DNA from: Thermoanaerobaculia bacterium
GTDB taxonomy: Bacteria > Acidobacteriota > Thermoanaerobaculia > Multivoradales > UBA5704
Direction: 5' to 3'
Length of the DNA: 56,818 nt
Assembly (NCBI GenBank): GCA_036521795.1
Contig: DATDGZ010000577.1
Span: 1 to 56,818 of the forward strand
This document shows, piece after piece, positions 25,884 through 33,645 of this stretch. Position numbers and translations under genes: made by a program. Each line of letters begins with the position of its first letter. Positions within the stretch are counted from its first letter, which is position 1. The notes beneath the pieces were generated by a model that made no database searches, was not told where the DNA came from, and was given only the letters and a program-made list of their open reading frames with translations.

Positions 25884-25913
25884 CACCTAGTGTCCCGAGC
25901 GGGACACTAGGTG
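25884..25913. repeat. Perfect 13-bp-arm palindrome between tolQ and tolR (repeat family copy D)
   Basis: CACCTAGTGTCCC-gagc-GGGACACTAGGTG. It contains the family core TAGTGTCC/GGACACTA and includes the tolQ stop codon (TAG, 25907-25909). Confidence 0.8.
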
Positions 25914-26638
25914 AAGTTCCGCTCCGCCAGGTTGAGGAACTCCATGACGAAGTCTTCGATGCGGGCCCGCAGCTGGCGGCCGCTGTGGGCGAAGTAGTTG
26001 TACGCGATGAGCGCCGGGATCGCGGCGCCGAGACCGGCGGCGGTGTTGATCAGGGCCTCGGCGATGCCGGGCGCGACCGAGACGATCGAGGTCGAGCCGG
26101 TGCTGCCGATGTCGCGGAAGGCCACCATGATCCCCCAGACGGTGCCGAACAGGCCGATGAAGGGCGACGCCGAGGCGGTGGTGGCGAGGAAGGGCGTCCA
26201 GCGCGCCACGTTGCGCAGCTCGACGCCTGCCGCGCGCTCGAGGGTGCGCTCGAGCGCCGCCAGCGAGGTGATGCGGTAGCCGCGCCGCTCGCCCGCCGTC
26301 TCGACCTCCTGGGCGCTCTTGATCTGGCTGTCGATCTCGGCGTATCCGGCCTGGAAGACGCCCACCAGCGGCGAGTAGCGCAGGCGGTTGGCGAGGGCGT
26401 TGACCTCGCTGAAGCGGTGGCTGCGGTGGAAGGCTTCCAGGAACTCGCGGCTCTGCCGGGCGGCGCGCCGCATCTGCCAGGTCTTGCCGAGGATGACCGC
26501 CCACGACACCAGGGAGAAGAACCCCAGCACCGCGAGGATGGACTTGGCGATCGGGCCGGATTCACGAAAGAAGTCGAACAGCCCCTGCTGCTCGAGCGGA
26601 GCCGGGGTTTGCAGGAGTACGATGCTGATCAGACCCAT
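25907..26638 (-). CDS. tolQ: MotA/TolQ/ExbB proton channel
   Basis: Start at ATG 26638 (GAGGAG upstream): MGLISIVLLQ...SILAVLGFFSLVSWAVILGK...LATTASASPFIGLFGTVWGIMVAF...VAPGIAEALINTAAGL. The upstream 310 codons of ORF 25907..27568 are an antisense shadow of rne. Confidence 0.9.
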   Translation of the reverse strand: MGLISIVLLQTPAPLEQQGLFDFFRESGPIAKSILAVLGFFSLVSWAVILGKTWQMRRAARQSREFLEAFHRSHRFSEVNALANRLRYSPLVGVFQAGYAEIDSQIKSAQEVETAGERRGYRITSLAALERTLERAAGVELRNVARWTPFLATTASASPFIGLFGTVWGIMVAFRDIGSTGSTSIVSVAPGIAEALINTAAGLGAAIPALIAYNYFAHSGRQLRARIEDFVMEFLNLAERNFT

Positions 26639-26873
26639 TCCCGGTTTCGCTCTCCTCTCGCCCTGGCCCGCAACCTCGCGTGAAGAACCCAATCGCCGTG
26701 GGGCGGAGTGCCGGTCCGGCCGGCGCGCGCCACCGTAGCATGCGGCGGCGGGCGTCTCCAAGCGATGCCGCCACGCCCAAGCGCGCCGCCGAGGTGTCGT
26801 TATGGCACGAACTCGCCCCGCAGGCGGGTCGAACGAGGTGGAGCAGCAAACCCTATGCCTCGAGCGGCCGCGG

Positions 26874-29138
26874 TTACGATCCGCCGCCGTGAGCGCTGCC
26901 CTCGCCGCCGCCGTCACGGCCGCCGCCGTCACCACCGCCGCGGCCCTCATCGCCGCCGAGGTGCGTTCCCGGTGATTCCGGCCGCGTGGAGCCGGCAGCG
27001 GCAGCCGGAGGGTCCCCCGCGGCGCCGGTGCGGCCGTGGCCGGCCTCCGCGGCGCTCGGGGCGGTTTCCGGCGTGCCCGGCGTGCCTGCCGCGTCCGGCG
27101 CGCCCGGGGCACCGCGACCGCGCTTGCGCTTGCGGCCTCCCCGGCGGCGCTTGCGCCCGCGCGGAGCCTCCAGCTCGTCGGGGCCCTTCGCGAGAGGGTC
27201 GAGAGGGGCGGCCCCCGCGGCGGCGGCAGGGGCAGCCTCGGCGCGAGGACGGGCGGCCGGAGGGCTGGCCTGGCGCGGGTGGTCGGCCGGGGAGCGGCGC
27301 TCGCGATGAGGCTCACCGCCGGACCGGGCCTCGCCGGCGCTGTGGCGCCCTTCTCCTGGCGAGCGAGCGGGTCGTGCCTTGCCGGCCGCGCCGCGCTGGC
27401 GCCCGCGCTGGCGGCTGCCGCGCTCGCCGGCCGCGGGACGGCCCGCCGCGCGCGCCGCGGGCGCGGACCGGGCGCGCCGGCCGGAGGCGTCCCGCGGTTC
27501 GGCGATTCCGGCTCCGGGCGGCCCCGCGCCGAAGTCGTCGTCTCCGTCAGTGCCGTCGGTGCCGGCATCGCCGGCGTCTTCCGGCCCGCTGCCGGCGGCG
27601 AGCGCCAGGTCCCAGGGCTTGAGCGCCGCGACCGCCGGTTGCGGGCGTTCCCGCCGCACCGCGGGGTGCTCGCGCTTGAACCATTCGATCTGCTCCTCCG
27701 GCCGATGCAGGCCGGCGGCGGCGATCACCTCGATGCGCAGGTCGAACTCGCGCTCGAGCTCGGCCAGCTCCTGCCGGCGGCTGTTCTGCATGGCGTCGGC
27801 GAGCTCGGGGTGCAGGCTGATGCGGACGCCCTGCACGAGTCCCGAGGAGGCGCGGGCCTCGATGCGCCGCAGCAGGCTCAAGGTCACCATCTCCGGGCTG
27901 GCCAGCCGGCCGGTGCCGGCGCAGGTGGGGCAGGGGCGGTGGGTGCGCACCTGCAGCGCCTGCTGGATGCGCTGGCGGTTGATCTCGAGCAGCCCGTTGG
28001 AGCTGATCCGGCCCACCGAGGAGCGCGCCTTGTCCGACTTCATGGCGTCCTTCAGCGCCTTCTCGACTCGGCGCTGGTTCTTGCTCGCGCGCATGTCGAT
28101 GAAGTCGACCACCACCAGGCCGCCGATGTCGCGCAGCCAGAGCTGGCGCGCGACCTCGGTGGCGGCCTCGAGATTGGTGTGGAGCGCGGTCTCCTCCTGG
28201 GTGGCGGCGCGGGTCGAGCGGCCGGAGTTGACGTCGATGGCGGTCAGCGCCTCGGTGCCGTCGATGACGATCGAGCCGCCGCTCGGCAGCTCCACCCGCC
28301 GCTCGTAGATGCGGTCGATCTGCGGCTCGAGGTCGAAGCGGCTGAACAGCGGCAGGCGGTCCTCGTAGCGCTCCAGGTGGATCTTGGCGCGCGGCAGGAA
28401 GGCCTCGATGTACGCCTGGACCTTCTGGAACGCCGCGTCGTCGTCGACCAGGACCTCCTCGATGCTGCTGTCGAGGTGGTCACGCAGCGCCTGCACGATG
28501 AGGTCCTGGTCGCTGTAGAGCAGCCGGCTGCTCTTGCCGGCGAGGGCGGCCGCCTGCACCCGCTTCCACAGCCGCAGCAGGGCGGCGAGGTCGCGGCTGA
28601 TCGCCGTCTTGTTCTGGTCCAGGGCGTTGGTGCGCACGATGACGCCACAGCCGGGGGGCAGCTCGAGGTTGGCGACCAGCGACTTGAGCTTCTTGCGGGT
28701 CTCCTCGTCCTCCACCTTGCGCGACACGCCGCGGGTGTCGTCGAAGGGTGTCAGCACCAGGTAGCGGCCGGCGAGCGACAGGCTGGTGGTGAGCGACGCT
28801 CCCTTCTGTCCGATGGCGTCGCGGGCCACCTGCACGACGATCGGCTTGCCGCGCTCGAGCACCTCCTCGATGCGCGGCTGGCCGCCGCGCGGCTCGTGGT
28901 AGTAAGCCTCGGGGACGACGTCCTGGATGGAGAGGAAGCCGTGGCGCTCGACGCCGTAGTCGATAAAGGCGGCGTTGAGGCTGGGCTGGATGTTGACGAT
29001 CGAGCCGCGGTAGATGTTGCCGCGGGTGAGGCCGGACTCGGCGACGTCCACCTGGAAATTCTCCAGCGTGTGGTCGCGGACGACGGCGATGCGCAGCTCT
29101 TCCGGACGCTGCGCGTTGATCAGCATTCTGCGCGTCAA
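26874..29138 (-). CDS. rne: Ribonuclease E (Rne/Rng family) with Arg/Pro-rich C-terminal tail
   Basis: A TTG start gives MTRRMLINAQRPEELRIAVV..., compared with E. coli MKRMLINATQQEELRVALV. It has an S1 domain (GNIYRGSIVNIQPSLNAAFIDYG) and a catalytic core, and the last 250 aa or so are low-complexity R/P/G/A. Confidence 0.93.
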   Translation of the reverse strand: MTRRMLINAQRPEELRIAVVRDHTLENFQVDVAESGLTRGNIYRGSIVNIQPSLNAAFIDYGVERHGFLSIQDVVPEAYYHEPRGGQPRIEEVLERGKPIVVQVARDAIGQKGASLTTSLSLAGRYLVLTPFDDTRGVSRKVEDEETRKKLKSLVANLELPPGCGVIVRTNALDQNKTAISRDLAALLRLWKRVQAAALAGKSSRLLYSDQDLIVQALRDHLDSSIEEVLVDDDAAFQKVQAYIEAFLPRAKIHLERYEDRLPLFSRFDLEPQIDRIYERRVELPSGGSIVIDGTEALTAIDVNSGRSTRAATQEETALHTNLEAATEVARQLWLRDIGGLVVVDFIDMRASKNQRRVEKALKDAMKSDKARSSVGRISSNGLLEINRQRIQQALQVRTHRPCPTCAGTGRLASPEMVTLSLLRRIEARASSGLVQGVRISLHPELADAMQNSRRQELAELEREFDLRIEVIAAAGLHRPEEQIEWFKREHPAVRRERPQPAVAALKPWDLALAAGSGPEDAGDAGTDGTDGDDDFGAGPPGAGIAEPRDASGRRARSAPAARAAGRPAAGERGSRQRGRQRGAAGKARPARSPGEGRHSAGEARSGGEPHRERRSPADHPRQASPPAARPRAEAAPAAAAGAAPLDPLAKGPDELEAPRGRKRRRGGRKRKRGRGAPGAPDAAGTPGTPETAPSAAEAGHGRTGAAGDPPAAAAGSTRPESPGTHLGGDEGRGGGDGGGRDGGGEGSAHGGGS

Positions 29139-29487
29139 ATCTCGCTCCCTTCCAGGGTGTTCAGGGCAGGGCCACGGGAGAATCGGCCGGGAGACAAGCC
29201 GGAGAAAAGCAGGCGGGCGAGCCCGCCGCCCCTCTCATTGTCCCCCGCCGGCGCCCATCGCCGCAAGCCCGCGGCGCGAACGGGGCGTGAATCGGTACCG
29301 GTAGAGGGTCAGTTTCCCTCTGCCATTTACCGCCCGCCCACCGGTCGAGAGCTATGCTATGATCGCATTACGGAAATGCGGTCCGCGTTGTAGTCCCCGG
29401 CTTTCCCCTCGGAAACGCCGGCCCAGGACAGCAGGCGCTCGCCATCGGCAGTCGACGCTGACACCTCGATTCATGGAGTCCACCGGC

Positions 29488-30627
29488 ATGGCTCGTACAA
29501 CTGCCCTTCAAAGTCCTCGGATCTGCCGGCGGCGCTGGCTGGCCGCCATCCTGCTGCTCGTGGCCCTCGCGATCGGCGGTGCCGGGGCGGCTGTCGCGGC
29601 TGCGGCTCCGCTGGGGTCGGCGGCGCCCGCCGGCTCGAGCGTGGCGCGGGGCTGGCAGAAGGTGAGCATGCCGGCGGTCGGGTCCTACTTCGAGCTGTAC
29701 GTGCCGTCCGCCTGGGACGGCACGACGGCGCTGCCCCTGGTGGTGTTCCTCCATGGGGCCGGCGGCACCCCCGAGGAGTACTTCTCCAACCTCGCCCCCG
29801 CGGCGGAAGGGGCTCGATGCGTGGTGGCGGCGCCGAAGGCTTCTTCCGACAACGGCTGGGGCCTCGGCAACGACGACCAGATCATCGCCGCGACGTCCGT
29901 CACGGTAGCGAGCATGGTGCCGGTGGACCCGGCGCGGATCAGCATCGCGGGCCATTCGGCGGGCGGAGCGGAGGCCTACCTCGTTGCCTACGGCACCGTG
30001 AGCCATTACAGCGCCGTGTTCACGCTCTCGGCTCCCTTCTACCCGGTGAGCTCGGTCGCCGACCCGGCCTACAAGGCGCCGATCCACATGTATTACGGCA
30101 CCACCGACCCGAACTATGCCACCTACGGCGCCTACGCCGCCCTGCAGCAGCAGTGGAACGCGCTCGGGGTGACCTGGGAGAGCGACATCGAGACCGGCTG
30201 GGGGCACGACTTCTGGCCGCCGCTGTCGATGCTGCTGGGATTCCAGTTCCTGGTGGGCAAGTCCTACGTCAGCTGCACCGGCGATGCCACCCACGCCTGC
30301 CTGCAGCAGGGCCGCTACCGGATCGCCCTGACCTGGCAGGATGCCAGCGGCCGGACCGGGGTGGGCTCGCCGGTGCCGGCGGCGGTGTCGCCCGACTCGG
30401 CAGTGCTCTGGTTCTTCGATCCGACCAACTGGGAGATGCTGGTCAAGGTGCTCGACGGCTGCGGCCTCAACCAGCGGGTCTGGGTGTTCGCCGCCGCCAC
30501 CACCAACGTCGCGTACACGTTGACGGTCACCGACACCATCACCGGCAAGCTCAAGACCTACCAGAACCCGGCCGGCCAGGCCGCCGCCGCCGTCACCGAC
30601 ACCGACGCCTTCGCGACCTGTCCTTGA
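29488..30627 (+). CDS. Secreted alpha/beta-hydrolase (esterase) with an uncharacterised Cys-bounded C-terminal domain
   Basis: Signal peptide RRRWLAAILLLVALAIGGAGAAVAAA, PLVVFLHGAGG, nucleophile elbow IAGHSAGG and a C-terminal module of about 117 aa (see findings). The start is ATG 29488 or 29473. Confidence 0.75.
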   Translation: MARTTALQSPRICRRRWLAAILLLVALAIGGAGAAVAAAAPLGSAAPAGSSVARGWQKVSMPAVGSYFELYVPSAWDGTTALPLVVFLHGAGGTPEEYFSNLAPAAEGARCVVAAPKASSDNGWGLGNDDQIIAATSVTVASMVPVDPARISIAGHSAGGAEAYLVAYGTVSHYSAVFTLSAPFYPVSSVADPAYKAPIHMYYGTTDPNYATYGAYAALQQQWNALGVTWESDIETGWGHDFWPPLSMLLGFQFLVGKSYVSCTGDATHACLQQGRYRIALTWQDASGRTGVGSPVPAAVSPDSAVLWFFDPTNWEMLVKVLDGCGLNQRVWVFAAATTNVAYTLTVTDTITGKLKTYQNPAGQAAAAVTDTDAFATCP

Positions 30628-30647
30628 GGGGCTACCCGACCGCCTCT

Positions 30648-31262
30648 TCAACCGGGCGGCGGGGCGGTGCCGCGGGCCAAGCGGCCGTCGAGGTCGAGCT
30701 CGGGGGCGACCTGTTGCATCGCCGCGAGGACGTTGCCGACGTGCGGCCAGAGCTCGAGCTCGCCGCCGAAGCAGGCGCGGCTGAATTCGGCGGTCGCCTG
30801 GGCGACGTGCTCGCGGTCCACGCCGGCCGCGAAGGCGCGCTCCTTCCAGCGCTTCTGGATCGACTTGAGCTCGACCTCGCGCAGGTCCTTGCTCGGCCGC
30901 ACGAGAGCTGCCGCGATCACCAGGCCGGTGACCTCGTCGCAGGCGAGCAGCGCGAAGTCGATGGGCCGCTCGCGCTCGACGCCGGTGCCCTCGGTATTGT
31001 GGGAGAGGATGGCGCGGACCACGTTCTCGCTCGCCCCATGCTCGCGCAGGGTGGGCGCGCCGGCGGCCGGGTGCTGATCGAGAGTGGGGTGGATCTCCCA
31101 GTCGAAGTCGTGCAGCAGCCCCGCGAGCCCCCACTCCTCGACCTCGCCGCCCAGCCGCGCCGCATACCCCCGCATCGCCGCCTCGACCGCCAGCATGTGC
31201 CGCCGCAGCCCCGGCGACTGCACATTCTCCACCACCAGCTCCCAAGCCCGCTGTCGCTCCAT
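30648..31262 (-). CDS. HD-domain phosphohydrolase
   Basis: Start at ATG 31262 (GGAGGGAG upstream): MERQRAWELV...RRHMLAVEAAMR...AGLLHDFDWE... Confidence 0.8.
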   Translation of the reverse strand: MERQRAWELVVENVQSPGLRRHMLAVEAAMRGYAARLGGEVEEWGLAGLLHDFDWEIHPTLDQHPAAGAPTLREHGASENVVRAILSHNTEGTGVERERPIDFALLACDEVTGLVIAAALVRPSKDLREVELKSIQKRWKERAFAAGVDREHVAQATAEFSRACFGGELELWPHVGNVLAAMQQVAPELDLDGRLARGTAPPPG

Positions 31263-31578
31263 CGGATCTCCCTCCGCCACGTCCCGCCTTCCGCGGGCGT
31301 TTAGGATAACCCGATCCAGAGATTCAGCCGCCAAGCGAGAGGAGACCCTGACCCGCAGCGGTCGCCGGAGAGACAACCGAGCGGAGAGGAGGAGGGAGGG
31401 CCGCGGGGAGATTCCAGAGCTGTCGCCTTTTCCGTCTATACTTTTGGACATGAGCGTCGCGCTGCTGGAAGACACGCCTCTTCGGCTGGATCTTGCCGCC
31501 TTCTGGCAGCGCGTCGCGGCGATGCTCGCCGGAACCTCGATCGAGAGCCGTTGACCCGGCGCGGAGCACCATCTCGCC

Positions 31579-32094
31579 GTGCGCAAGATCACCCTGATCA
31601 CGACCGGCGGCACCATCGAGAAGATCTATGACGAGCAGCGCGGGGAGCTGGTCAACCGGCACTCGATCGTGCGGCGCATGCTCTCGGAGCTGCGCCTCGA
31701 GGACACCGAGGTCAACGTCTTCGAGCTGATGAGCAAGGACAGCCAGGAGATGACCGAGGCCGACCGCCTGCGCATCCTCGAGGCGGTGCGCGCCAGCGGC
31801 CCCAGCGGCGAGGGCGACGCGACCGGCATCGTGGTCCTCCACGGCACCGATACCCTGGAGGTGACCGGCGAGAAGCTGTTCGCCGAGATCTCCGCGCCGC
31901 GCATCCCGATCGTGCTCACCGGCGCCATGCGGCCCTTCGACATGAAGCAGTCGGACGCGCTGCAGAACCTCACCGAGGCCCTCTTCGCCACCGGCGCCCT
32001 GCCGCCGGGGGTCTACCTCGTCGCCCATGGCCGCGCCCTGCCCTTCCCCGGGGTGCGCAAGGACCGCGAGCGCGGCACCTTCACGCGGGATTAG
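31579..32094 (+). CDS. Short asparaginase-family protein (N-terminal domain only)
   Basis: GTG start: (M)RKITLITTGGTIEK...VVLHGTDTLE...PIVLTGAMRP. 171 aa. Confidence 0.75.
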   Translation: MRKITLITTGGTIEKIYDEQRGELVNRHSIVRRMLSELRLEDTEVNVFELMSKDSQEMTEADRLRILEAVRASGPSGEGDATGIVVLHGTDTLEVTGEKLFAEISAPRIPIVLTGAMRPFDMKQSDALQNLTEALFATGALPPGVYLVAHGRALPFPGVRKDRERGTFTRD

Positions 32095-32238
32095 ACGTCC
32101 GAGAAAGGCAGCCGCGGCGGCATCTCTAGCGAGCTGCCGTCGTAGACCAGGCGGACCCGCGCCGGGTCCGGGGCGACGACGACCCTGGCGTTGGCATCGA
32201 GCTGGTGGCGCTCGGCGCGGCCCGTCCGGTTGGCCCAA

Positions 32239-32700
32239 TCAGTTACTTCCGCCGGCCTGCTGCTCCTTCTCGCGACGCTCCGGCGACGAGCAGTACTTGG
32301 CGACCAGCTGGAGGAAGGGAGTGCAGTCGGGCCGCTGGAAGTCGAGCGCGCGGCAGCGGGCGGCGGCCCACGGAATGATCTTGCCTGAGCCGGGAGCGCC
32401 CTCACAAAAGCTCTTGCTCAAACGGCTCCTCGCCAAACAACCGTCGAGCCGTTGGTACTCGTAATGCGAATCCGAAAAACTCATTTGCGGGTCGGGCCGC
32501 AGACGGTCGAGTGTCGCCGCGAGGCATCGAGCCTCATCAAGCCCGGCTCCTTCGTGCTCGCCCTGCGAGCGTGCAGCCGTGCCGGACTCCATGAGCGAAT
32601 GCCACCTGGCCCAAAGCCACCACGTGCCACCGATCGCCAACACCCCGAGCAGGACAACGCACCCGCCGACTCCGAGCAGTACCTTGGGGACTGTCGTCAC
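32239..32700 (-). CDS. Membrane-anchored Cys-rich hypothetical protein
   Basis: GTG at 32700 with AAGGAGA 4 nt upstream. One TM (VLLGVGGCVVLLGVLAIGGTWWLW) and a domain of about 115 aa with 7 Cys. Composition is somewhat lower in GC. The longer ORF to 32886 is not supported by an RBS. Confidence 0.5.
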   Translation of the reverse strand: MTTVPKVLLGVGGCVVLLGVLAIGGTWWLWARWHSLMESGTAARSQGEHEGAGLDEARCLAATLDRLRPDPQMSFSDSHYEYQRLDGCLARSRLSKSFCEGAPGSGKIIPWAAARCRALDFQRPDCTPFLQLVAKYCSSPERREKEQQAGGSN

Positions 32701-32860
32701 GGTTCTCCTTGGTGAGGAGTGCACAAACGGCGGGCGGGAGGGGGCACCCTCGCGGCTCCGAGCGGTCCGCCGCCCGTGAGGTCGCCCTTGGAGGGCCATA
32801 CTACCGGAGAGGCGGGGCCTTACTATAGACGCGCGGTGGCCGCCGAGGCCGCCGCGGGGA

Positions 32861-33613
32861 GTGGGATTGCTGATCCGAGTCGTCACCTACAACATCCATC
32901 GCGCGATCGGCGTGGACCGCCGCTTCAAGCCCGAACGCATCGTCCGCATCCTTCACCACCACAATCCCGACCTGGTGCTGCTGCAGGAGGTCGACGAGGG
33001 AGCGCCGCGGTCACGCGAGCTGGACATGGCCCGAGAGCTCGCCGCCGAGCTCGGCTTCGCCCACTTCGCGGTGGGCCACAACGTCAGCTTGCGGAAGGGG
33101 CGCTACGGCAATGCCACTCTCAGCCGGTTCCCGATCCTGCGCGAGCGCAACATCGACCTGTCGGTCGCCGGCAGCTGGATCCGCCGCGGCTGCCAGCACA
33201 CCAGCATCGCGCTGCTCCCGGGGCGTCCGGCGCTCGAGGTCTTCAACCTCCATCTCGGGCTGTCGGCGCGCGAGCGCGACCGCCAGGTGGAGCTGCTCGC
33301 CCGCTCCTCCGAGTTCGCCTCCCTCGGCCCCGAGGCGCCGTGCCTGGTGGCCGGCGACTTCAACGACTGGCGGTCGCTGCTGCGTCCGAGGTTCACCAAC
33401 GGCCTCGGGTTCCTCTGCGCCACGGACGGCCGCACCGGCCGGCACCGGCCGCTGGCGACCTTTCCCGCCTTCTCGCCCCGCGGCGGGCTCGACCGCATCT
33501 ATTACCGCGGACCGCTGCGGCTGCTCGGGGTGCGCCGCTGCCGCCTGCAGGTGTCGCGCGTCGCCAGCGATCACCGGCCGGTGATTGCCGAGTTCCAGTT
33601 CCACGCTGCTTGA
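32861..33613 (+). CDS. Endonuclease/exonuclease/phosphatase (EEP) family protein
   Basis: RVVTYNIHRAIG...DLVLLQEVD...GNATLSRFPI...LVAGDFND...SDHRPVIAEF. The start is uncertain (GTG 32861 or TTG 32867). Confidence 0.85.
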   Translation: MGLLIRVVTYNIHRAIGVDRRFKPERIVRILHHHNPDLVLLQEVDEGAPRSRELDMARELAAELGFAHFAVGHNVSLRKGRYGNATLSRFPILRERNIDLSVAGSWIRRGCQHTSIALLPGRPALEVFNLHLGLSARERDRQVELLARSSEFASLGPEAPCLVAGDFNDWRSLLRPRFTNGLGFLCATDGRTGRHRPLATFPAFSPRGGLDRIYYRGPLRLLGVRRCRLQVSRVASDHRPVIAEFQFHAA

Positions 33614-33645
33614 AAACCAGCCGCAAGGCGTATGCTTGCGGCAAA

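Noticed and set aside
25442-26638. MotA/ExbB plus ExbD pair as a possible Zorya-like or other stator-based defence module
   Set aside because: The pair is embedded in a canonical tolQ-tolR-tolA-like-tolB-pal-cpoB cluster, which is housekeeping envelope machinery.
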